The notes beneath the pieces are model-generated. The model was not told where the DNA came from. It saw nothing but the letters and a program-made list of their open reading frames with translations, and ran no database searches. Positions 30,042 through 38,979 of a stretch of DNA of 64,000 nucleotides are shown piece by piece. Source of the stretch: an uncultured delta proteobacterium. GTDB taxonomy: Bacteria > Desulfobacterota > Binatia > JACPRU01. Numbering within the stretch: the first letter of the stretch is position 1; each line of letters opens with the position of its first letter. A program made the translations under genes and the position numbers. The DNA lies in assembly GCA_963745025.1 (NCBI GenBank), contig CAVUWD010000012.1, forward strand, positions 52,961 through 116,960, read 5' to 3'.

Positions 30042-31010
30042 TCAGAGGTCGAGCGCGGCGAGCCGTTTGCGGAAATCCTTGCGCTCCAGGCGCCGCAGCA
30101 CAGATTCCCGCGCCTGATGAACAACCAGCCGGCGTCGACTCGGGTCCATGGCGTTCGAGCCCATCACGAGCTGGTCGGCCGGGTTGGGTTGGAAGGCCAC
30201 CACGGCCGTTCCGAGGGCTCTCACTCGCTGGGCTTCTTGCGCGAGGCGCAACCGCGACAGCAGCCGGCTGGGAAAGTCGGCGGAGAAGCGGAGCGTGCCG
30301 CCGACCGTCGACATCGGAGAGCTGACGACAACGAGATCGAGTCCCAAGCCTTGGAGCAGGTCTAGATTCGTCGGGGAGTGGACTCCGCCGTCGACGTAGC
30401 GGACGCCGTCATGCTCCACGGGGGTGAAGAACCCTGGAATTGCGCTGGAAGCCGCGACGGCGGTCGCGACGGCGGTCGCGGGCGCTCCGCCCTGCCCGAA
30501 TACGACGCGCCGCCCGTCGTCGAGCTTCACCGCGCAGATCCAGAGCGGTCGATCGGGCCAGCCTTCCCCGAGAGCTTGGCGGAGTCCCGCCACCATCTCC
30601 TCGGTCGAAACGCGGCCCGCCGGGAGCGCCGCCGCGAGGACGGTGCCGAAACGAGATTCCCACGGGCGAAGTGCGGCGCGGAGGAGAAATCTCGGCGAGG
30701 ACACCGTCGGGAGATCGGCGAAGAGACCCGCGAGCGTGAAGGGCGGAAGCTTGGCCGGCGGTCCGACGCGAGCGAGAAAGCGCGCGCCGTCCTCCGAAGG
30801 CGGATCGCCCGTCGCGAAGGCGGCGAGATCGCCGGCACTGACTCCGGCCCGCAGCATCGCACCCACGCGCGATCCTGCCGAGGTGCCGACGATGATCTCG
30901 GCGCTCCGGGGATCCCACTTCGTCGCCTCGGCGAGCGCCGAGAGCACACCTGCGTGAAAGGCGTGGCCTACGACTCCGCCGGCCCCCAGAACGAGACCAA
31001 TGCGGGTCAC
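30042..31010 (-). CDS. Patatin-like phospholipase
   Basis: LGAGGVVG, GTSAG, ASSAIPG, DGG. Confidence 0.93.
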   Translation of the reverse strand: MTRIGLVLGAGGVVGHAFHAGVLSALAEATKWDPRSAEIIVGTSAGSRVGAMLRAGVSAGDLAAFATGDPPSEDGARFLARVGPPAKLPPFTLAGLFADLPTVSSPRFLLRAALRPWESRFGTVLAAALPAGRVSTEEMVAGLRQALGEGWPDRPLWICAVKLDDGRRVVFGQGGAPATAVATAVAASSAIPGFFTPVEHDGVRYVDGGVHSPTNLDLLQGLGLDLVVVSSPMSTVGGTLRFSADFPSRLLSRLRLAQEAQRVRALGTAVVAFQPNPADQLVMGSNAMDPSRRRLVVHQARESVLRRLERKDFRKRLAALDL

Positions 31011-31256
31011 GGTTATCGCCCGAGCGCGACGTGCGAAAGGAGGTCTTTGAGCGGAGTTGCCATGAGATGATTACCGATCGCGTTCATCCAGTCCGAACGC
31101 CCCCTCGTGGAGGCCAGCCCTTGATCACGGGCGATAATCCTTCGGGCGCATTCGCGCGAGGAGAAAGGGATTGCGAGAGGAACGTATCGAAGTTCACTGC
31201 ATCAGGATAGGATGAAACGATTTTTTCCTGCTGGCAACCGAGCAACGGAGGCGCCG

Positions 31257-32060
31257 ATGGCATACGCCGAGAATGACGGAGCGAGGATCTACTGGGAGGA
31301 GCATGGCGGGGGCGAGCCGGTCCTGCTGATCATGGGGCTCGGCGCCACTTTGGATCTCTGGCACCGCCTCCTCCCGTCGCTTTCCGCGGGCCACCGCGCG
31401 ATCCTCCTCGACAACCGCGGCGTCGGACGCAGCGCCGTGCCGGACCCGCCGTACTCGATTCCGCAGATGGCGGACGACGCGGTCGCGGTGCTCGATGCGG
31501 CGGCAGTCGATACGGCCCACGTGATTGGCGCATCGATGGGCGGAGTCATCGCACAGGAGCTCGCGCTCCGTCGCCCGGACCGGGTCCGCTCGTTAGTCCT
31601 CGCGTGCACCGCGTGCGGCGGACCCGATGGGGTCGCCGCCCCGCTCGAGATGCGCGCTGCCCTGGTCGGCCGAGCGGCCATGACCCCGGAGGAAGGGATC
31701 CGCGCCCTCGTTCCCTTCACCTATCATCCGGCGACGCCGCGCGATCGCGTCGAGGAGGACCTCCGGATCCGCCTGCGCCACTATCCCTCGGCGAAGGGAT
31801 ATCTCGCGCAGCTCCAGGCCGTCCTCGGCTACGAGACCTATGCTCGGCTCGGCGCGATCCGCGTTCCCACGCTTGTCCTGCACGGCGAAGACGACCAGCT
31901 AGTGCCGGCGGCCAACGGCAGAGACCTTGCCAGCAGGATCCGCGGTGCGCGTCTGGTTCTCGTTCCCTCGGCGAGCCACATTCTGTTCACCGATCAGCCC
32001 GAGACGGTGAACCGGGCGATCCTGGAGTTCCTGCACGAGGCCGCCGCTCCGACTGGGTGA
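31257..32060 (+). CDS. Alpha/beta hydrolase
   Basis: DNRGVGRS, GASMGG, HGEDDQLVP, ASH. Confidence 0.92.
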   Translation: MAYAENDGARIYWEEHGGGEPVLLIMGLGATLDLWHRLLPSLSAGHRAILLDNRGVGRSAVPDPPYSIPQMADDAVAVLDAAAVDTAHVIGASMGGVIAQELALRRPDRVRSLVLACTACGGPDGVAAPLEMRAALVGRAAMTPEEGIRALVPFTYHPATPRDRVEEDLRIRLRHYPSAKGYLAQLQAVLGYETYARLGAIRVPTLVLHGEDDQLVPAANGRDLASRIRGARLVLVPSASHILFTDQPETVNRAILEFLHEAAAPTG

Positions 32061-32234
32061 GATCGGGAAGGCCGTGAAGCCGGAGGTTGCGTCGCACGCG
32101 ACGTTCCTAGGAGGCTGCGCCACAGATCGCTCCCGTTGGTCGCGAACCGGCTCCGGCCAGGCAGCCTACCAAGCTAGCCCTCGCGCCGACTCCGCCCCAC
32201 CTTTCGCGAGTGCGTGACCGCTACGGCTACGAAG

Positions 32235-33885
32235 TCAGGCGAGGTAGCTCTCGTATCGCGGCGCCCACATCTTCGACTTGACGAACTGCAGCACGTCATC
32301 GGGCCTCGCGACGCCCGCGAGCCCGTCCTGGAACGCCACCTCGGCGACCGCGGCGCCGATGGCCGCGGAGACCTCGTGGATGCGCGCCAGCGAGGGGTAG
32401 ATCCGGCCAATGTCCAGGTCGGCCTCGGACGTCTGCTGCGCCAGCGCTTTGGCCGCCTGCGCGAACATGCGGTCGGTGACGTGCTTGGCCTCACTGGCGA
32501 CGACGCCGAGGCCCACGCCCGGGAAGATGTAGGCGTTGTTGCCCTGGCCCGGGACGATCGTCTTGCCCTCGTAGCGGAACGGCGGGAAGGGGCTGCCGCT
32601 AGCGAAGATGGCCTTGCCCCTCGACCAGATGTACGCCTCCTCCGCCGTGCACTCCGACTTCGAGGTCGGGTTCGAGAGCGCGAAGATGATCGGGCGCTCG
32701 TTGAGCCGAGCCATCGTCTCGACGACCGGCTGGTTGAACGACTTGGCGATCGTCGAGACGCCGATGATGGCGGTGGGCTCGAGCGCCTGGACGGCACCGA
32801 GGAGGTCCGGGACCTGCTGGAAGTCGTGCGCGTAGTGGAGCTTGTGCTCGGCCAGGTTCTCACGGCCGCGCACCACGAGCCCCTTCGAGTCCACGAACCA
32901 GCACCGGCGGCGCGCGTCCTCGAGCCCCATGCCCTCATCGACCAGCGCCGAGACGATGAGGTCGCCGATGCCGACCCCGGCCTCACCGGCGCCCAGGAAG
33001 AGGATCTTCTGCTCCCGGAGCGACTTCTTGGTGAGGCGCAGCGCCGAGAAGATACCCGCCAGCGCGACCGCCGCGGTACCCTGGATGTCGTCGTTGAAGG
33101 TGCAGACCTTGTCGCGCCAGTGCTTCAGTAGGCGAAAGGCCGTGGTGTTCGCGAAGTCCTCGAACTGGATGAGGACCTTGGGCCAGAGCTCGCGAGCCGC
33201 GGTGATGAACTCGGACACGAAGGCGTCGAAGTCCTGGCCGCGCACGCGGTGCTGGCGGAGCCCCATGTAGAGCGGGTCCGCCAGCAGCGCCTCGTTCTCG
33301 GTGCCCACGTCGAGCATCACCGGCAGGCACGTCGCCGGAGGAATGCCGGCGCAGGCCGTGTAGAGCGAGAGCTTGCCGATCGGGATGCCCATGCCGCCCG
33401 CGCCCTGATCGCCCAGGCCGAGGATGCGCTCGCCGTCGGTCATGACGATCACGCGCACGTCCTTCCGCGGCCAGTTGCGGAGGCTCGCCGCGACACTGCC
33501 GCGGTCCGCGTAGCGAGATGTAGAGACCGCGCGTGCGCCGGAAGAGGTGACCGAACTGCTGGCACACCTGCCCGACCGTGGGCGTGTAGACGATGGGCAT
33601 CATTGCTTCGAGGTATTCCGTCAGCACGCGATAGAAGAGCGTCTCGTTGCGGTCCTGCAGGCTCGCGAGGTGGATGTAACGCTCGAGGTCGCTCTGCTTC
33701 CTGCGGTAGTTCTCGAGCACGCGCGCGACCTGCTCGTCGATCGTGAAGACGTGCGGCGGCAGCAGGCCCTTCAACCCGAGCGCGCCGCGCTCGGCTTCGG
33801 TGAACGCCGTGCCCTTGTTTAGAAGTGGATCGCGGAGCAGCGCGACGCCCCTCGGGAGGCCGGGTTTGGGCTGCTTTTGCGTCAT
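32235..33885 (-). CDS. NAD(P)-dependent malic enzyme (frameshift near 33513)
   Basis: NKGTAF, LQDRNETLFY and PIVYTPTVG in ORF1; TDGERILGLGD, FNDDIQGT, GAGEAG, LSNPT, GQGNN in ORF2; one extra base. Confidence 0.92.
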
Positions 33886-34000
33886 TTCGGTCCTTCAGTT
33901 TGCGGCGTTTCGACGGGCGGGGCAAGCCCGAGCGCCACGGCCGCGCTCGAGAGCTTGCGGAAACGCGAGCAGCTCACCGGACCCGGGCATTGGCGCATGC

Positions 34001-35434
34001 TCAGGATGCGCACGACAGCGCCGTGTTCGGGCTCGAGCGCGGAGGGGCGGTCTTCGTCAGAAAGTCGAACAGGCGCTGATCATCGCAGAAGGCGACATTG
34101 AACCGCATCCAAGGGCACGGCCTCTGGCCGGTTCCGAACAGATGTCCGGGAGCGAGCAATATCCGGGATTCAACCGCTTCGTTGGAGAGCACGTTGGAAT
34201 CGTCGTAGCGGGGATGCCTCGCCCAGACGAACATCCCGGCCTTGGGTTCGGCGAACAGGGTCATGCCCGCGTCCTCGAGCCTGCGGCAGGTCGTCTCCTG
34301 GGCTCCGGTCAGCCTCTCGCGCAGGTTCTTGACGTGCTTACGATGCTGGCCTTCGGTAAGGATTTCGTGGGCGAGTCGCTCGGTGATCTCGGAAGTGGTC
34401 AGTCCTGACATCATCTTGAGCGACGTGAGATCCTCGATGAAATCGGGATGGGCGGCGACGAAACCCACGCGCAGGCTCGGCGAGATCGTCTTGGAAAAGC
34501 TGCTTACATAGATGACGCGATTGAGCTGATCCATGCTTGCGAGCGGGCGAAAGGGCGATGGGTCGAGCCCAGCGTAGATGTCATCCTCGACGATCAGGAA
34601 GTTGTGCCGCTCAGCGAGCTGCAAGACGCGATGGGCAGCTGCCGGCGAATAGGTAACACCGGTTGGGTTTTGCAGGCGCGGGTTGGTGAAGAAGGCTTTG
34701 GGGCGACGCTGCGAGATCAAGGCCTCCAGGACGTGCGCGTCCGGCCCTTCCGGAGTCCACGGAACGCCGACCAGATTGGCTCCATACGAACGCAAGGTGA
34801 ACAGAAGAACGCCGTACCCGGGCTCATCCACCAGGACGTCGTCGCCGGGCCGCACGAGATAGTGCGCGATCAGGGCGAGAGCGTGGCTCGCTCCTGTGGT
34901 GAGCAGCGTTTGTTCCGGCGGCGCACAGATCTGATGCTCGTTGAGCCAATCCGAAATCTTCCAGCGCAGGGACGGGAATCCCTTGGAGTGGCCGTAGCCT
35001 ACCAAGTGCCTTCCTGACTTGTTGGAAAGGTTGCGCAGGTTTCTACGCACACCGTCTTCATCGAGCCAGCTTTCGGGAAGCCAGCCGCAACCCGGCTTCA
35101 GATCAACCGAACGGTTCTCCCAGATATTCTTCACCAGCCACAGCGAGTCGAAACTGACGCCGGGCATTTGCAGCGAACCGGCTGCGATCGGCTCGGGCGA
35201 TTTGCTGCGGACGTAGAAGCCGGCGTTGTGACGGGCGACAAGGAATCCTTCCGCTACCAGGCGATCGTAGGCCTCGACCACCGTCGAAACACTCACCTTG
35301 TTGGCCACGGCAAACTGGCGGATCGACGGGATCTTCATGCCGCCGCGCAGCCGTCGCTCGACGATCAATTTCTTAATGCCGTCGACGATCTGTGCGACCA
35401 GAGGGATCGACGAGTTTGAATCGAGGATGAGCAT
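34001..35434 (-). CDS. MocR/GabR-type transcriptional regulator (GntR HTH plus PLP domain)
   Basis: IPSIRQFA..VSVSTVVEAYDRL; QNPTG, IVEDDIY, SFSKTISPSLRVG. Confidence 0.93.
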   Translation of the reverse strand: MLILDSNSSIPLVAQIVDGIKKLIVERRLRGGMKIPSIRQFAVANKVSVSTVVEAYDRLVAEGFLVARHNAGFYVRSKSPEPIAAGSLQMPGVSFDSLWLVKNIWENRSVDLKPGCGWLPESWLDEDGVRRNLRNLSNKSGRHLVGYGHSKGFPSLRWKISDWLNEHQICAPPEQTLLTTGASHALALIAHYLVRPGDDVLVDEPGYGVLLFTLRSYGANLVGVPWTPEGPDAHVLEALISQRRPKAFFTNPRLQNPTGVTYSPAAAHRVLQLAERHNFLIVEDDIYAGLDPSPFRPLASMDQLNRVIYVSSFSKTISPSLRVGFVAAHPDFIEDLTSLKMMSGLTTSEITERLAHEILTEGQHRKHVKNLRERLTGAQETTCRRLEDAGMTLFAEPKAGMFVWARHPRYDDSNVLSNEAVESRILLAPGHLFGTGQRPCPWMRFNVAFCDDQRLFDFLTKTAPPRSSPNTALSCAS

Positions 35435-35511
35435 TCCCTCAAGGACTACGCGGTCCCGTTTGGACCCGCTCATGTTCCTGCAAGGTGGACGAAAACTCAA
35501 GGCGGGAGAAG

Positions 35512-35566
35512 GTGTACTTCTCAGCGAGGCATAACAGTGCCCGGGGATCTTACGGCCTCTGTGTAT
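35512..35566. promoter_or_regulatory. Candidate MocR operator (inverted plus direct TGTA-type boxes)
   Basis: GTGTAC..ATAACAGT..GTGTAT in the divergent intergenic region. Confidence 0.35.
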
Positions 35567-35689
35567 GGCAGTCGAGGGCGCGAACGCCTACATTTTTGCG
35601 CGTCACGACCGCCCCTATCCCACGCGAGTGGCGAAGGGCGGCAAGGCTCACCGAACCTACCAGTGCATATGAAGGCAGCGGAGAAGATC

Positions 35690-36976
35690 ATGGTCACAAA
35701 CCAAGATTTGATGGCACGGCGCAACAACGCGGTGGCGAGGGGTGTCAGCCAGTCGCACGCGATCTTTCTCGAGCGCGCCCAGAACGCCGAAGTCTGGGAC
35801 GCCGAAGGACGCCGCTACGTCGATTTCAGCGGCGGCATCTCGGTTCTGAACACGGGGCACCGCCATCCGCGAGTGATCGACGCGGTTCGGCGCCAACTGG
35901 AAAAATACACTCATAGCTGTTTCCAGGTACTCGCGTACGAACCCTACGTCGCGCTGGCGGAGCGTCTCAACCGGATCACGCCCGGCGCAGGCAAGAAGAA
36001 ATCCATCTTCCTGAATAGCGGTGCCGAGGCGGTCGAAAACGCCGTCAAAGTCGCGCGCCACTACACCCACCGCTCAGCGATCATCGCCTTCGCGGGCGGT
36101 TTTCACGGGCGCACCCTGTTCGCGCTGGGATTGACCGGCAAGGTGCATCCTTACAAGGCCGGCTTTGGACCGTTTCCACCCGAAGTCTATCACGCGCCCT
36201 ATCCCAATACGCTGCATGGCGTGACCGTGCAGGACGCCTTCGATGCGATTGAGCGCTTGTTGCACGACGATGTGGAGCCGTCGCGGGTCGCGGCGGTGAT
36301 CGTCGAGCCAGTGCAGGGCGAAGGCGGCTTCAACATCGCCCCCCCAGAGTTCTTGGTAGGACTGCGCGAGCTATGCGACCGGCACGGAATCCTGTTGATC
36401 GCGGATGAGGTGCAGACGGGTATCGGGCGCACCGGCAAAATGTTCGCCATCGAGCACAGCGGCGTCGTTCCCGATCTCATCACGCTTGCCAAGTCACTCG
36501 GCGGCGGATTGCCGATCTCGGCAGTCGTCGGTCGCGCCGAAGTGATGGACTCGGTCGATCCCGGGGGCCTCGGCGGCACCTTCGCCGGCAATCCCCTGGC
36601 ATGCGCAGCGGCGCTCGAAGTGCTGGACATCGTGGAAGATGAAAAATTGCTGGAGCGCAGCACAGCGATCGGGAGGCGGCTGGTCAAAGGCCTGGAACGC
36701 TTGGCCACGCGGTACAAGGCGATCGGCGATGTGCGGGGATTAGGCGCGATGGTGGCAATCGAACTGTTCGTCGGCGGCGACCTGGCGCGGCCCGACGCGG
36801 AGCTGGCAAAGAGCCTGGTGCGCGTCGCCGGCACCAAGGGCCTGATCATCCTGAACTGTGGAAACTACGCGAACGTCATCCGCGTGATGGTGCCGCTGAC
36901 GGCATCGGACGACATCCTCGACGAGGGCCTGCGAATCCTCGGGGAAAGCTTCGCGGAGCTGTTCGCGGACGAGTGA
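35690..36976 (+). CDS. gabT: 4-aminobutyrate/omega-amino acid:2-oxoglutarate aminotransferase
   Basis: NSGAEAVENAVK, FHGRT, EPVQGEGG, ADEVQTG, AKSLGGG, GGTFAGNP. Confidence 0.9.
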   Translation: MVTNQDLMARRNNAVARGVSQSHAIFLERAQNAEVWDAEGRRYVDFSGGISVLNTGHRHPRVIDAVRRQLEKYTHSCFQVLAYEPYVALAERLNRITPGAGKKKSIFLNSGAEAVENAVKVARHYTHRSAIIAFAGGFHGRTLFALGLTGKVHPYKAGFGPFPPEVYHAPYPNTLHGVTVQDAFDAIERLLHDDVEPSRVAAVIVEPVQGEGGFNIAPPEFLVGLRELCDRHGILLIADEVQTGIGRTGKMFAIEHSGVVPDLITLAKSLGGGLPISAVVGRAEVMDSVDPGGLGGTFAGNPLACAAALEVLDIVEDEKLLERSTAIGRRLVKGLERLATRYKAIGDVRGLGAMVAIELFVGGDLARPDAELAKSLVRVAGTKGLIILNCGNYANVIRVMVPLTASDDILDEGLRILGESFAELFADE

Positions 36977-37188
36977 GCTTGGAACCGTGATCCACCCAAA
37001 TCCTCACTGTCCACAGACCGGCGGGCGGGCGATCGGAGAACCGAACTGGTGGAGCTCGTCAGGCGGGCGCTGAAGAGCCGCTATGGCGAGGATGCGGGAC
37101 TGCCGATCCGCGATCAGCTGATGACGCCCTGCCGCAGGAAGCCGGGCATGTGCGCGGCTAGCGAATCGTTCTTGAGAGAGGAAGCCAA

Positions 37189-38940
37189 ATGACTCACAAC
37201 GTCGACCCAATCACTTTGGCCGTGGTGCGAGGCGTGCTGGAGACCACGCAGCGAGAGATGACATTGACGCTGGAAAAGACCGCCCGCTCCAGCGTGTTCA
37301 ACGTGGCGCATGACTACAGCAACGCGCTCTTCAATCACAGGCCGGAGATGATCCTCCAGGGGCAGGACATCCCGATCCATCTCGGCGGCCTGATCCCCGC
37401 CATGAAAGCGGTCGCTCGCTTTTTCGGCGACGAAATAGCCGAAGGCGACGTCATCTATCACAACGATCCGGCATACATGGGAAGCCACATTCTGGACTGC
37501 TGCATGTACAAGCCGGTCTTCTACAAGGGCGAGCTGGTTTTCTGGGCTGTATGTAAAGGACACGTGACCGACATCGGCGGCCCGGTGCCTGCCGGTTACA
37601 ACCCTGAGGCCAAGGAGATCTACGCTGAGGGCTTGCGCATCCCGCCGGTCAAGCTTTGGGAGAAGGGCAAGCCGCGCAACGATGTGATCAACTTCATGTT
37701 GACCAATATGCGCTCGCGGCGCGACCAGGAAGGAGACCTGCGCGCGCAACTGGGTGCGGTCTCGGTCGGCGAACGAAACCTGATCGCTCTGCTCGATAAG
37801 TATGGAGCGGACACCGTTCGCGAATGCATCGATGAGCTGATGGATATGGCCGACCGCCACATGCGGCAAATCATGCACTCGCTCAAGGACGGCATCTACG
37901 AGGGAACCGCGGTGCTCGAGGACGCCGGCCACGGCTACGGCGAGTTGACGATAAAAGCTCAGGTCACGATCGCCGGCGACAGATGCGAGATCAAGGTCAC
38001 GAGCCCGCCGCAGATTCCCTACTTCATCAATTCTTACGAAGGCAACTCGGTCTCGGGTATCTATCTCGGCCTGATGATGTTTGCGCAGGTCGACCCTCCG
38101 TACAACGAGGGCCTGTATCGCTGCGTATCTGTGGATCTCGGACCCAAGGGTACGCTCTGCAACGCGATCGAGCCGGCCCCGCATGTGAACTGCACCACGA
38201 CGCCGATGGAGACGCTGGCCGATGCGGTGCGGCTTGCGCTTGAGCAGGCCGCTCCGGAAAGGGCGGTGGCCTCGTGGGGCCATTCAAGCGGCGTCAACAT
38301 CGCCGGCTACGACGCGCGCAACAACGAAAACTACATGACGATGGTGCTCGCTTCCCTCATCTCGGGTGCAGGAGCGACACCATACATGGACGGATGGCAT
38401 AGCTGCGGGCCGCAGTGCTGCTTCGGCGCGCTCAGCTCGGGCGACATCGAGATCCTCGAGTATTCCTATCCCATCGTGATCCATCGTTACGGTTTGGTAC
38501 GCGATAGCGGCGGTGCCGGCAAGCATCGCGGCGGCTGTGCCACAGTTTGGGAGGTGGAACCTATCGGCCACGAGATGACCGTCGTGAGTTTCGGCGAGGG
38601 AAGATTCTATCCAGCTCTCGGCGCCAACGGCGCGGTGAGTGCCAGGCCCGATCTCAAGCTGGGGCGTATCGAGCTGAAGCGTGGCCAACAGGTGCTCGAC
38701 ACGCTCAAGAAGAACACCATCCTGAGAATCCAGGACGGCCAGCGCGTCGCGGCGATCAACCCGGGTGGAGGCGGCTGGGGTAAGCCCTTCGAGCGCGACC
38801 CCGAGTTGGTCGCGGCCGACGTGCGCAACGGCATTGTCTCGGTCGATGCAGCTCGCGACGAGTATGGCGTGGTGGTGGACGCCTCCACGTTTCGGATCGA
38901 TGCCGGCGAAACGAGGCGCATCCGCGCGACCCCCCGTTAA
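37189..38940 (+). CDS. capB: ATP-dependent lactamase subunit B (caprolactamase CapB / OplB-like, hydantoinase B family)
   Basis: AHDYS, QGQDIPIHLG, HNDPAYMGSHILD, CKGHVTDIGG; closely resembles my recollection of Pseudomonas jessenii CapB (not aligned). Confidence 0.82.
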   Translation: MTHNVDPITLAVVRGVLETTQREMTLTLEKTARSSVFNVAHDYSNALFNHRPEMILQGQDIPIHLGGLIPAMKAVARFFGDEIAEGDVIYHNDPAYMGSHILDCCMYKPVFYKGELVFWAVCKGHVTDIGGPVPAGYNPEAKEIYAEGLRIPPVKLWEKGKPRNDVINFMLTNMRSRRDQEGDLRAQLGAVSVGERNLIALLDKYGADTVRECIDELMDMADRHMRQIMHSLKDGIYEGTAVLEDAGHGYGELTIKAQVTIAGDRCEIKVTSPPQIPYFINSYEGNSVSGIYLGLMMFAQVDPPYNEGLYRCVSVDLGPKGTLCNAIEPAPHVNCTTTPMETLADAVRLALEQAAPERAVASWGHSSGVNIAGYDARNNENYMTMVLASLISGAGATPYMDGWHSCGPQCCFGALSSGDIEILEYSYPIVIHRYGLVRDSGGAGKHRGGCATVWEVEPIGHEMTVVSFGEGRFYPALGANGAVSARPDLKLGRIELKRGQQVLDTLKKNTILRIQDGQRVAAINPGGGGWGKPFERDPELVAADVRNGIVSVDAARDEYGVVVDASTFRIDAGETRRIRATPR

Positions 38941-38979
38941 GAGCGCGCCAAGCAGCAGACCCGTCAGAGGAACATCGAC

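Noticed and set aside
32100-32200. tRNA-like GGCTAGCTTGGTAGG on the minus strand
   Set aside because: Only a D-arm-like resemblance; no cloverleaf, proper T arm or CCA end.
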